A program made the translations under genes and the position numbers. From the IMG/VR virus record IMGVR_UViG_3300034106_003629: a DNA stretch of 64,000 nt, one strand, 5' to 3'. The stretch's first letter is position 1; every line of letters starts with the position of its first letter. Of the stretch, positions 38,146 to 47,081 are shown one piece after another. The DNA is from an uncultured virus (IMG/VR IMGVR_UViG_3300034106_003629) (lineage: Duplodnaviria; Heunggongvirae; Uroviricota; Caudoviricetes). The notes under the pieces are model-generated. The model was given only the letters and a program-made list of their open reading frames with translations, searched no databases and was not told where the DNA came from.

Positions 38146-38798
38146 TACTTACCGTTAATATTGTACTCTCTATTATCACCTGGATAGTCTGCTGGTGTCA
38201 AGCCACGATACTCAGAAATATTTTTGGTGGTGTCAATCCGTTCACCAAAAACAACATAATCACAATTAATAGCAGTTCCTGCATTATTCTTAACGTATAT
38301 TCTATCTCCCCATTCAATCCTATCAACAAACAATTCTTGCCAGTGTCCATTAGGAGTTAAATTGATAACTAAAGTTTCCATATCAACAAAATCTTTCCAA
38401 TAATCTGGCAATTGGATGTAAGACTCATTGACAAGTTTACCTTTTAAATAAACATCTGCAGTAGGACCTTCAAGACAAATATATCTGAGACGATGGTCTT
38501 GTTTAGTTGGATGTTGAATATCAAAAGATTTCTTAGCATCCCAAACAGCAGCTTTTGCATTTAAAGACCCGACAGATGCTGTTTTAACGTCTTGTCCCTG
38601 AACAAGAGCATCTGCTTTTAGGTTACCAACTTTAACATTATAATGTATCCAAGGGGTACATGCTTCTACTGGATAATCTGGGTCACCAGTTGTTGACTTC
38701 AAAATATAATCATATTTTGAAGAAAATGGTCCTGTAATACCCTCGTCTTTACAATTTGATTTATTCGTATTCTTTAAAATAAACTTTTCATCTGCCAT
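38145..38798 (-). CDS. Virion/tail-associated protein, FDIxHP..RLRxxCxEGP family
   Basis: KKSFDIQHPTKQDHRLRYICLEGP...IQLPDYW...GERID. Confidence 0.65.
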   Translation of the reverse strand: MADEKFILKNTNKSNCKDEGITGPFSSKYDYILKSTTGDPDYPVEACTPWIHYNVKVGNLKADALVQGQDVKTASVGSLNAKAAVWDAKKSFDIQHPTKQDHRLRYICLEGPTADVYLKGKLVNESYIQLPDYWKDFVDMETLVINLTPNGHWQELFVDRIEWGDRIYVKNNAGTAINCDYVVFGERIDTTKNISEYRGLTPADYPGDNREYNINGK

Positions 38799-38800
38799 AA

Positions 38801-39571
38801 TTACCTCTTCGTATCATAGTGATATCCAGATACAGAATACTCATCATTATTACCAGGATAATCTGCAGGAGTTTGACCTTGATATTCTGGTATCAATCTC
38901 TCACCATCTTTGCGTTCACCAAAAACATGATAATGACAATCAATTGGTTTTGCAGCGTGAAGATATATTTTATTATCTTCTATCTTCTGAACAATAATAC
39001 TTTGATGAGATCCAACTGGAGTAATAGAAACTGTAATTGAATCAACATCTACCAATTCTCTCCAATAATCTGGAAGATCAATTATATTTAAATTCTTTAA
39101 TTTACCTCTTATGTATACATCATTAGATGGGCCTTCTGGGCAAGTGTGGCGAAGTCTCCATCCATCTTTTGTAGGATGAGGGATATCAAAATTCTTTTTA
39201 GCGGAAAGAATATGTCCACCACAACGAGACATAACCTCACCTTGAGTAATTAAATTGCCACCAACATTTACATTAGCGTTTGTATCAACAACGCCTAAAA
39301 ATGCAGTTGATCCAGTAACAGCAAGAGAATATGGATTATTAATTCCTGTACACAATGCCCCAGGTATTAATGGTGGTTTAAACAAATCAGAATTATTGCA
39401 TTTTCCAATCATTACTGTAGCAGTAAGGAATGATGGAATTGCGCCAAAAACAGAAGGACCTTCCATAAATGAACCACCTCTAATTTGAAGCGGTCCTTTA
39501 CCCAAAACAAGGGAAGGATCTCCTACACCAACATATAATGTTTTTTTAACTTCTAAATCAGGTACTTTCAT
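38801..39571 (-). CDS. Virion/tail-associated protein, paralogue of the above
   Basis: KKNFDIPHPTKDGWRLRHTCPEGP...IDLPDYW...GERKD. Confidence 0.65.
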   Translation of the reverse strand: MKVPDLEVKKTLYVGVGDPSLVLGKGPLQIRGGSFMEGPSVFGAIPSFLTATVMIGKCNNSDLFKPPLIPGALCTGINNPYSLAVTGSTAFLGVVDTNANVNVGGNLITQGEVMSRCGGHILSAKKNFDIPHPTKDGWRLRHTCPEGPSNDVYIRGKLKNLNIIDLPDYWRELVDVDSITVSITPVGSHQSIIVQKIEDNKIYLHAAKPIDCHYHVFGERKDGERLIPEYQGQTPADYPGNNDEYSVSGYHYDTKR

Positions 39572-40158
39572 TAAATAAATCCTCCACCTTTTTGTTGTTC
39601 CTCAAAATCAGATATACCTTTAGATTTTTTCAATGTTGTACAAGAATCTGCACAATCAATCAATCCACCATAAAAGTTTAGTGTTCCATTACCAACTATT
39701 TCCATTACGCCAGAAGAAAGGAATTTTGCTACAGAATCTCCATTTACTTCTATATTTTTTGATCTAATATTAATTTTTTCATTTGATTCAATATTAATAT
39801 ATCCACTTTTATTGCCACTACCATTAGCAATCATATCAATATTTTTAGCTTCAAACCTAATTCTGCCTAAAGGAGCAGCAATAACAATATCACCATCAGA
39901 AGCTCTTAAAATAAAAGAAGTATTATCTACTGGTTTTTCACCACACATAATTTGATAAACACCAGGACAACGATTAATCGTAGATCCCGTCATTTTTCCA
40001 GAAGACATAAACATCATATAATGTTCTGATGGTTGTCCAGGATGACCATTTCTCAACATAACACCAGCATAGGTGTTATTCATATTAATATGACCTAGTT
40101 TTAAATGCCCGTAATTGCTTCCCAATTCTATTGGGTTATGAAGTTGTGGTTTTCCCAT
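39571..40158 (-). CDS. Baseplate spike beta-helix-like protein
   Basis: Repeating short beta strands (GDIVIAAPLGRIRFEAKNIDM); directly downstream of gp5. Confidence 0.5.
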   Translation of the reverse strand: MGKPQLHNPIELGSNYGHLKLGHINMNNTYAGVMLRNGHPGQPSEHYMMFMSSGKMTGSTINRCPGVYQIMCGEKPVDNTSFILRASDGDIVIAAPLGRIRFEAKNIDMIANGSGNKSGYINIESNEKINIRSKNIEVNGDSVAKFLSSGVMEIVGNGTLNFYGGLIDCADSCTTLKKSKGISDFEEQQKGGGFI

Positions 40159-42524
40159 TAATCAACTCTTCCTACACAATCGACAATTCTGATAACTTTA
40201 AACTTTTGCTCATCTGTTAATGTCCCTTCGGTGTCATCCCCAATTCTTCTTACACAAAAAACTGGTGTAATAACAGCATTATATCCTGTCTCAGATTTAA
40301 TGTAAATCTCTGGTCTTTCTACAAATCCATTTCCAGAATTAATAATTCTCAAAGAGGTTAAAACACCAAATGGTCCAAATGTAGCTTCAATTTCTGCACC
40401 AGAATTTGGTTCAATAACAACTTTATCTCCTGAAGAATAGTTAATTCCAGCATTTTCAATAACCAAATCACAAATATACAAGATTGCTGGATAACTTCCA
40501 ATATTAATTACTGGGAATGCATCAAGTTCTGTTGCACCATTAGTACCTGTTCCAGGTATTGCTGTGATTCCAGTAGCATTTCCAATTTGATTTTCTGGAG
40601 GCAACCCAGCATCATTTTGATTATCACCACCAAATCCAGGAGGAGTAAGTCCAATCACAGGCGCTACACCTTCCAATATTTGCTTATCTTCTGGTCTAAT
40701 TACAACATCACCTTCTCTTTGAGGAATTTCTGTTCCTGGTGGATATTGTTCCCATCTTCCATCGGGAGTCCTAATCACAGTATTTTCAGCTGGTGCCCAG
40801 ACCCTACCATCACCACCCAAATCTCCATTAGGTCTTGTTGGATAATCTGCTCCAGGACTAGGAACAGCAACATTAACAACTTGATAAGTTGGTTGTCCAG
40901 TATTTGGATCTGTTCCTCCATCTGGTGCAATAATTGGAGTTGCATACGCCCCAGAACCTTTACCACAATTATCACTAATGTCTATAAAAGGAGCTTTAGT
41001 ATAACCAGATCCCCCAGCAATAATATCAACTCCTAAAATGTCTCCTGTTGCACTTAGGATTGCATTTCCTCTTGCACCACTTCCACCACCACCCCAAAAA
41101 GTAACAGTTGGAGGACCACAAAAAACAGGACCAACATTACACCCACTTGTTGCACTAATTGCACTATTAATTAATCCACTAAAATCAACTGCTGCTGCAA
41201 TAGTATCAACTACACCAGTCGCACTACCAACCAATCCACTAACTTGAGATGCTATTCCTTGAGCAGAATTAATAATGGAATTAATATCAAAAATTGCTGC
41301 TGGTTTCCCACCTTCAAAAATATTCCATTCTTTTGTTTCTGGACACTCCTGTTCTTCTTCACAAGCAAAAAATCCAGCCAATGCTTTTAAAAGATTTAAA
41401 ATTGAATTAGCAATACTGAATGCTCCTCCAATTAAACCAGATACAGAACTAATAATAGAATCAACAGCACCTGCGATTCTTCCAATTGTATTTCCTAATA
41501 AGTCGGCAACAAAATTTTGAACAGCACAAGCAGGAACATTGATATAACGATTAAAGATTTGATTAAGAAAATTACCAATCATCTTAAAAAGATTTGAAAT
41601 CAATTTATTAAATAGACAAGTAATCAACTCCATGAGGGCATCATGCCCTTTTTTGGCTTTGTCTCTATCGGGTGGATTTATATTCTCATATAATTTTTTA
41701 GTTTCTTTATTAATTTTCTCTTCGACAAATTTACGGATTTCTTTAAATACCCATTTTAAACCTTCAGCAATAAACTCTTGTGCTTTTTGAGTTTTTTCCT
41801 GAATCCATTTTTGCTTATCAGAAATCCATCCTTGAGCAGAAGATTCCCACTCTGATAATTGTTTTTGAGCCTTTTCAATCTTTTGAATCAACTCCTGCAT
41901 AGACTTCATAATTCCAGTTAATGGAATTTTTTCACAGTCTGTAGGGGATGCAACACCAAAAGTATATTCTTGAACAACAGATTTATCGCTTATTCCCCAA
42001 AGGTTTGCATTAAATGTTGTTTCTAGTGGAAGACCTTTTACTAATGGAACATTAAAAGCTGCTACAATATCTTTTTCTCCATACCCACTATAAGATTCAA
42101 ATCCATTCTGACCTTGAGTTCTTTTAATAGGAACTTCTTCGTTATTCCCTAAAGTACCTAAAATTATAGGATTATTTAATTTTGAAATATCTCCCCAAAT
42201 ACCATAAACTCTAGACCCCTGAGTTATTCCACCAATTAAACCAGCTCCTTGATGACCACTTCCAGCAGACCCCATTCTAACCTCTGCCCATGGAAGTTGA
42301 TCATCTGGGAGAAGTTTTTTATCAGCTGGATGAACATTTTGTATCCTGACTTTTACTCTTTTTCCCCAATTTTCAAGTTGTTTAGGATTTGTAATTCCTT
42401 TTTCTTGAGAATCAGTGCTCCATGTTTCTCTTGGCGCAACAATACCTTCCCACCAATATTTTACAAGTGGATCTTTAAGAAAGTTGTAAGGTACATCTAA
42501 AGCAGCAGAATGTGAAAATGTCAT
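40158..42524 (-). CDS. Baseplate hub/spike protein, gp5-like (OB fold; no T4-lysozyme domain seen)
   Basis: WWEGIV...RVKVRIQNVHP...LPWA...G+RVYG...PIILG; GxGY repeats C-terminally. Confidence 0.78.
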   Translation of the reverse strand: MTFSHSAALDVPYNFLKDPLVKYWWEGIVAPRETWSTDSQEKGITNPKQLENWGKRVKVRIQNVHPADKKLLPDDQLPWAEVRMGSAGSGHQGAGLIGGITQGSRVYGIWGDISKLNNPIILGTLGNNEEVPIKRTQGQNGFESYSGYGEKDIVAAFNVPLVKGLPLETTFNANLWGISDKSVVQEYTFGVASPTDCEKIPLTGIMKSMQELIQKIEKAQKQLSEWESSAQGWISDKQKWIQEKTQKAQEFIAEGLKWVFKEIRKFVEEKINKETKKLYENINPPDRDKAKKGHDALMELITCLFNKLISNLFKMIGNFLNQIFNRYINVPACAVQNFVADLLGNTIGRIAGAVDSIISSVSGLIGGAFSIANSILNLLKALAGFFACEEEQECPETKEWNIFEGGKPAAIFDINSIINSAQGIASQVSGLVGSATGVVDTIAAAVDFSGLINSAISATSGCNVGPVFCGPPTVTFWGGGGSGARGNAILSATGDILGVDIIAGGSGYTKAPFIDISDNCGKGSGAYATPIIAPDGGTDPNTGQPTYQVVNVAVPSPGADYPTRPNGDLGGDGRVWAPAENTVIRTPDGRWEQYPPGTEIPQREGDVVIRPEDKQILEGVAPVIGLTPPGFGGDNQNDAGLPPENQIGNATGITAIPGTGTNGATELDAFPVINIGSYPAILYICDLVIENAGINYSSGDKVVIEPNSGAEIEATFGPFGVLTSLRIINSGNGFVERPEIYIKSETGYNAVITPVFCVRRIGDDTEGTLTDEQKFKVIRIVDCVGRVD

Positions 42525-42528
42525 CTAT

Positions 42529-42741
42529 TCAATCATCATATACTTTACATTCTAATGCATGTGGATGAGAGTCACAATATAATTCCAATGATGTAGGATC
42601 ATGGTCATCTTCTGGGTGACGTTGTTGATATGCCTCTAGATCCCTCAATTCTTCCTCAGTATGGCGACGCCTTTGTGGAGAAATAGTAGGATCATCAAGA
42701 ATCATTTTATCATTGTCAATATGTTGTTGAATGTTATCCAT
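42529..42741 (-). CDS. cp12: CP12 Calvin-cycle inhibitor (cyanophage type)
   Basis: C-terminal LELYCDSHPHALECKVYDD CP12 signature. Confidence 0.88.
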   Translation of the reverse strand: MDNIQQHIDNDKMILDDPTISPQRRRHTEEELRDLEAYQQRHPEDDHDPTSLELYCDSHPHALECKVYDD

Positions 42742-42750
42742 TTAATTAAC

Positions 42751-44052
42751 CTATCTTGGTTTTCTACCGTAAGAATCTCTAACTAATGTCATTTTAGTTA
42801 AACATGCCTTAGGTGTCAAGTAATGACATATATCTGATATGATATATATGCCACTTAATTCTTTATTTGCTATCATTTCTTTCTTTCCAGATTGCTCTGG
42901 AAAATCACAATGTACAATTTGACCTGCCCTTAAACTAAAATCTCCTGGGATACTTATCTCAACAGACAAAGTAAACAGTTTATTATAAGTCATTCCAGAT
43001 TGAACTATTGTTCTTGCTGACTCCAAATTTTCTTCCTTTCTTTTTTCAAGTTGCCTTCCTTTATTTCCAGATGGCGTTTGTCCTACATCCATTCTATGGC
43101 TATACCTTCTAGTATATTCACCATAAACACTAAAGTCTGAAGAAATTTTGGGGAATTCTTGCCCACCTCTTGGTTTTTGATCCTCATTACCAACTTCTTT
43201 TGCTTTTGGACTAAAGGATTGTGTATATGGATTAAAAGTTTCTAGTCTGCCACCATATGCTCCAGAATCCAAATTCTTTTGAACATCTATTGTTTTTAAC
43301 GATTTATAGTTAATAATTTTAGAATCATATCCTTGTGGTAATAATGTTGAATCGTTGTAGATGAATTTTTTCTTAGGACTTCCAGCAAATAATTTATCAA
43401 TCGCTCTAAAATTAAATCCATCATAAGTTTCAAAGATTAGATATCCAGCAGAAGACTTCGCTCCTTGAGGAACTCCCATTGTTCCAACTTCCGCTATCAA
43501 ATCAAATGGTTTTTTACCAGACCCATAAAAATTATATTTGTTTTCTGTAGGGTCACTTATAATATTTTTTTTAGTTTTTAAAATTTCTTTTAAAATAATA
43601 CTAACTGATTGTGAGATTTCACCATCAAATCTCTGATATACTTCTGACTTTAAAAAATCATTTGCTAAAATTTCTTTTGAGCAAAGATCAATTGTATAAA
43701 TCATCTGCTCAGATGATGATAATATATTTGAAATTTTGCTAATGTAAAGTGCGTTATTTCCAGTAAATTTTAATGTGTTGTTATCATTATCATTAAAAGT
43801 TACTTCAACCCTTTCAAATCCAGATAATTTAAGTTTATATAAAATTGCAATATCATCAGATTTTCCTTCATTATGTCCAGAATCCAAAACTATCAAAGAA
43901 AATCTAACAGAATTATCCAATATACTTTCAAAATATGAAAAATCCACAATACCGCCAGATATATCAGCAGTCCCACTGCCTCTATTAGAATGAATGAGAC
44001 ATTTTGATATATTACCTGATTCTGCTTTTGTATTTGGAGTATTACCAGCCAT
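42751..44052 (-). CDS. Baseplate hub protein (gp27-like)
   Basis: YFESIL, YLIFETYDGFNFRAID, IPGDFSLRAG, SGIYIISDICH, LVRDS; position in the baseplate module. Confidence 0.6.
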   Translation of the reverse strand: MAGNTPNTKAESGNISKCLIHSNRGSGTADISGGIVDFSYFESILDNSVRFSLIVLDSGHNEGKSDDIAILYKLKLSGFERVEVTFNDNDNNTLKFTGNNALYISKISNILSSSEQMIYTIDLCSKEILANDFLKSEVYQRFDGEISQSVSIILKEILKTKKNIISDPTENKYNFYGSGKKPFDLIAEVGTMGVPQGAKSSAGYLIFETYDGFNFRAIDKLFAGSPKKKFIYNDSTLLPQGYDSKIINYKSLKTIDVQKNLDSGAYGGRLETFNPYTQSFSPKAKEVGNEDQKPRGGQEFPKISSDFSVYGEYTRRYSHRMDVGQTPSGNKGRQLEKRKEENLESARTIVQSGMTYNKLFTLSVEISIPGDFSLRAGQIVHCDFPEQSGKKEMIANKELSGIYIISDICHYLTPKACLTKMTLVRDSYGRKPR

Positions 44053-44074
44053 TTTTGAAAGTTATATTTACTAT

Positions 44075-47000
44075 TTAACCAACTTCTACAATAAAAATAT
44101 GAGTTGTCCCATCAGTATCATATGAAGCACGTTGGTTTAATGCCGCAATATTACCAGAATTTGGTCTATTTGTTGATATTGACGCTTGTGTTCCAAAAGC
44201 AGATGGGTGATTTTTTTTAACGGCATCATAATATGCTTTATCAACAGGTTTTCCATTTTTAAAATATTTTCCACCTTCCCTTTCAGTGTAAGTTGTACCC
44301 CCAACATTGCTAGAACGTATCACTCTTCCCAACTGTGCTGGTTGAGATCTTGGTGGTTGAGATGAAGTTCCTATTCCCAGAACTCTTCTGACTTCCGCAC
44401 TAAATTGTTTTTCCCCTGAAGAATTATCTGAATATCCTTTTTGAACTCCACCACCACTAGGTTTATAAAGAGGAACATCAATTGCAAGATTTGAACCATG
44501 ATAACCACGGTCTCCAGGTCTATATTCACTACCAATCTCAAATCCAGCTGCTCTTAATGCTGATTTTGCTCTCTCTTTATCCGCTTCTGTTCTAAATGCA
44601 ATATGTTCATGATATTTAAGTCCCCCGTGACCACCTGGGTCATAATTTGACCCTTGAGTAGAATCACCAGTAATATATTCAACAGCATTAAAAAGTCCAG
44701 GTGTTGGTGGTTTATATCCAGATGAACTAGCTGTAGGATAAACAACAACCTGACCAGATCTGCGTCCAATATCAGGATTTCTTCCTGTTATATCAGCAAT
44801 AAATTGTTTATTTAGATTCTCGTGTGCATTATTTGGATCATAAGCATTACCTTTAACTGGTTTGCTATGAGCACCTCTTTCAAATTTATTATAAAAAATA
44901 CTTGCCGCTTCTTCTGGACTTGAGGCAGACTTTAATTCTCCAGCGATTCCATGATTGTTAATATCTATTGCAATATATTGTGCCTGAACATTTCTATTAT
45001 AGGGGTCTAATCCTCTATCTTGCGCCCATTTTACAAATTTAGGCCATCTATGATTCCTATCCCATTGAACCATTCCTTCATAACTAGGATTATCAGGGGT
45101 TGCAGTTCTATACCCACTCTCTCGTCTTATATTTGCAACAATACCAATTGCTGCATTTTTTCCATAAATTGCTGCAAAATAATCTAACAAGTCCGCTTCT
45201 ATTTGGGCATTAGACCCACCACGAAGTCTTGCTCCAGGGGCACCTCCTCCAGGTTGAGTTGGATCTGTACGAGGAGTGGTTTTAATATTTAAAATAGCAT
45301 TTAATACACTTAAATCTCTAGAAAGAGCATTTTCAATACCCTTCATCAATCCAAGTATAGATTCATTCTTTCGTTTTATATCTCTATTATCACTTAAAAC
45401 TTCACCACCAGATGATAATGCTTGAATTGCTCTTGCAATTTCATTAGATATAGAATTGGAAGATGAATCTTGTACAGAAGCAAACAAACTCGCAAATGCT
45501 TTTGCAACATTTCTTTGACTTGTTTTAGATGGTCTATGTCCCAACATTAAATCAATACCCATTGACATAATCTTAGAAAAAACTGATGTCTTGGGTTGTT
45601 TTAATTTTTCAGCAGCAGATACTAAATTACGAACTGGTTGTTTATTAAAATCTGTTGTAGCATATAAATCTTTTATTTTTTTCTGACCAGTTGTTAATCC
45701 TGGTGTAGTTTTATCAACTTTTAATTTTGTAATTGGTACTGCTTTACTTTTTTTCTTTTTTCCATATTTTAATCCTGGATCACGTCTACTTTTATCTCCT
45801 ACTCTACCACCTCTTGCTCTGCCTTCAATCTTATCTGGAGACGATTTTGTAATTACATTATAAAGACTAGCTCCAATTTGGTCGCCAATCAATCCACCAA
45901 TAATTCCACCAATTGTAGCACCAGCAGCTCCTCCAATTAAATTACCAACTACTGGAACCACAGATCCAGCAACAGTTCCAACAGTTCCACCCAACCAAGC
46001 ACCAAGAGCCTGTCCAACACCAGCACCTACTGCACCTGCTGCAGCTTTACCTAGAGGTTCTTTAAAAACTAAAGACCTAATACCAAAATCAATTAGTGGT
46101 CCTACAATTGGAATTCTTCCAGCAATTCTTCCAACATTTTTACCAGCAATTTTAGTCGCTCCACGCTGAACTAATCTTTGGTCTAGTCCTTGAGTAGGTC
46201 TGGGTGTTTGACCCCTAAGTTTTCTTAAATTCCTATTACCAAATCTATCTCCATATTGATTATCACCAAACCTTCTTCTATATCTCTCTTGTGTTCTTGC
46301 ATTAACCCTTCTACCAGACCTATCAAAACCTCGTCTTTCTGGTCCCTTAAATCTTTTATCTTTAAGTGGGTCTTCGCCACCCATAGATGCCATTCCCGCA
46401 ATAATTGCGAGATTCATAAACTTAGTAAAAGTACTTGTAAACTCAGTAAACTTTTTCTCACCATCATCACCAAATAATTCTTTAATTTTAGATTGAGCCC
46501 CATCTACAAGTTTATATCCAAGATCTATTGTCGTAACAAACTTATCAAACATTCCTTTAACAAAATCTTCTATAAATGCAGTTACTGGTTTTATATAATC
46601 CAAAAACTCAACCAACTTTGGCAGTAATCTGAATATTCTTAAGACTAAAAATCCTGTAAAGATAGTTCCCAAAAACTGCTTTATTCTATCAATAATACTC
46701 ATTCCTGGGATAGGAATATTTGGTAGTCCTGGTCCCCTTTTCTTTTCTTTTTTTTGTTCTAACTTATCTTCTTGTTCTTTTCTCTTTTTATTTTCATCTT
46801 GTTTTGCACGAAGTTGTACTTTTTTAACGTTAATTTTAATTGTTTTCTTAAGTATATCTTCTATCTTAACTACTTTTTCACGTATAACTTTAATATCTTC
46901 AACAACTTGCCTTTCAGGATCGGACAAATCTTCATTATTAATTTGTTGCGATAAATCTACAGTTTGCTTATATTCTGTATTCTTAACAGGGACCAAAAAC

Positions 47001-47080
47001 ATTTTTGGTTGAGAAACCTTTGCAACCCTTCCACCTTCATCTGATGCATTTAATAATTTTTTAGCGTCAATAAATGCCAT
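44075..47080 (-). CDS. Tape-measure/hub-like protein with tail lysozyme and peptidase-M15-like domains
   Basis: Coiled coils, Gly-zipper, AAIGIVANIRRESG...GMVQW...AASIFYNKFER; GYHGSNLAIDV. Confidence 0.65.
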   Translation of the reverse strand: MAFIDAKKLLNASDEGGRVAKVSQPKMFLVPVKNTEYKQTVDLSQQINNEDLSDPERQVVEDIKVIREKVVKIEDILKKTIKINVKKVQLRAKQDENKKRKEQEDKLEQKKEKKRGPGLPNIPIPGMSIIDRIKQFLGTIFTGFLVLRIFRLLPKLVEFLDYIKPVTAFIEDFVKGMFDKFVTTIDLGYKLVDGAQSKIKELFGDDGEKKFTEFTSTFTKFMNLAIIAGMASMGGEDPLKDKRFKGPERRGFDRSGRRVNARTQERYRRRFGDNQYGDRFGNRNLRKLRGQTPRPTQGLDQRLVQRGATKIAGKNVGRIAGRIPIVGPLIDFGIRSLVFKEPLGKAAAGAVGAGVGQALGAWLGGTVGTVAGSVVPVVGNLIGGAAGATIGGIIGGLIGDQIGASLYNVITKSSPDKIEGRARGGRVGDKSRRDPGLKYGKKKKSKAVPITKLKVDKTTPGLTTGQKKIKDLYATTDFNKQPVRNLVSAAEKLKQPKTSVFSKIMSMGIDLMLGHRPSKTSQRNVAKAFASLFASVQDSSSNSISNEIARAIQALSSGGEVLSDNRDIKRKNESILGLMKGIENALSRDLSVLNAILNIKTTPRTDPTQPGGGAPGARLRGGSNAQIEADLLDYFAAIYGKNAAIGIVANIRRESGYRTATPDNPSYEGMVQWDRNHRWPKFVKWAQDRGLDPYNRNVQAQYIAIDINNHGIAGELKSASSPEEAASIFYNKFERGAHSKPVKGNAYDPNNAHENLNKQFIADITGRNPDIGRRSGQVVVYPTASSSGYKPPTPGLFNAVEYITGDSTQGSNYDPGGHGGLKYHEHIAFRTEADKERAKSALRAAGFEIGSEYRPGDRGYHGSNLAIDVPLYKPSGGGVQKGYSDNSSGEKQFSAEVRRVLGIGTSSQPPRSQPAQLGRVIRSSNVGGTTYTEREGGKYFKNGKPVDKAYYDAVKKNHPSAFGTQASISTNRPNSGNIAALNQRASYDTDGTTHIFIVEVG

Positions 47081-47081
47081 C

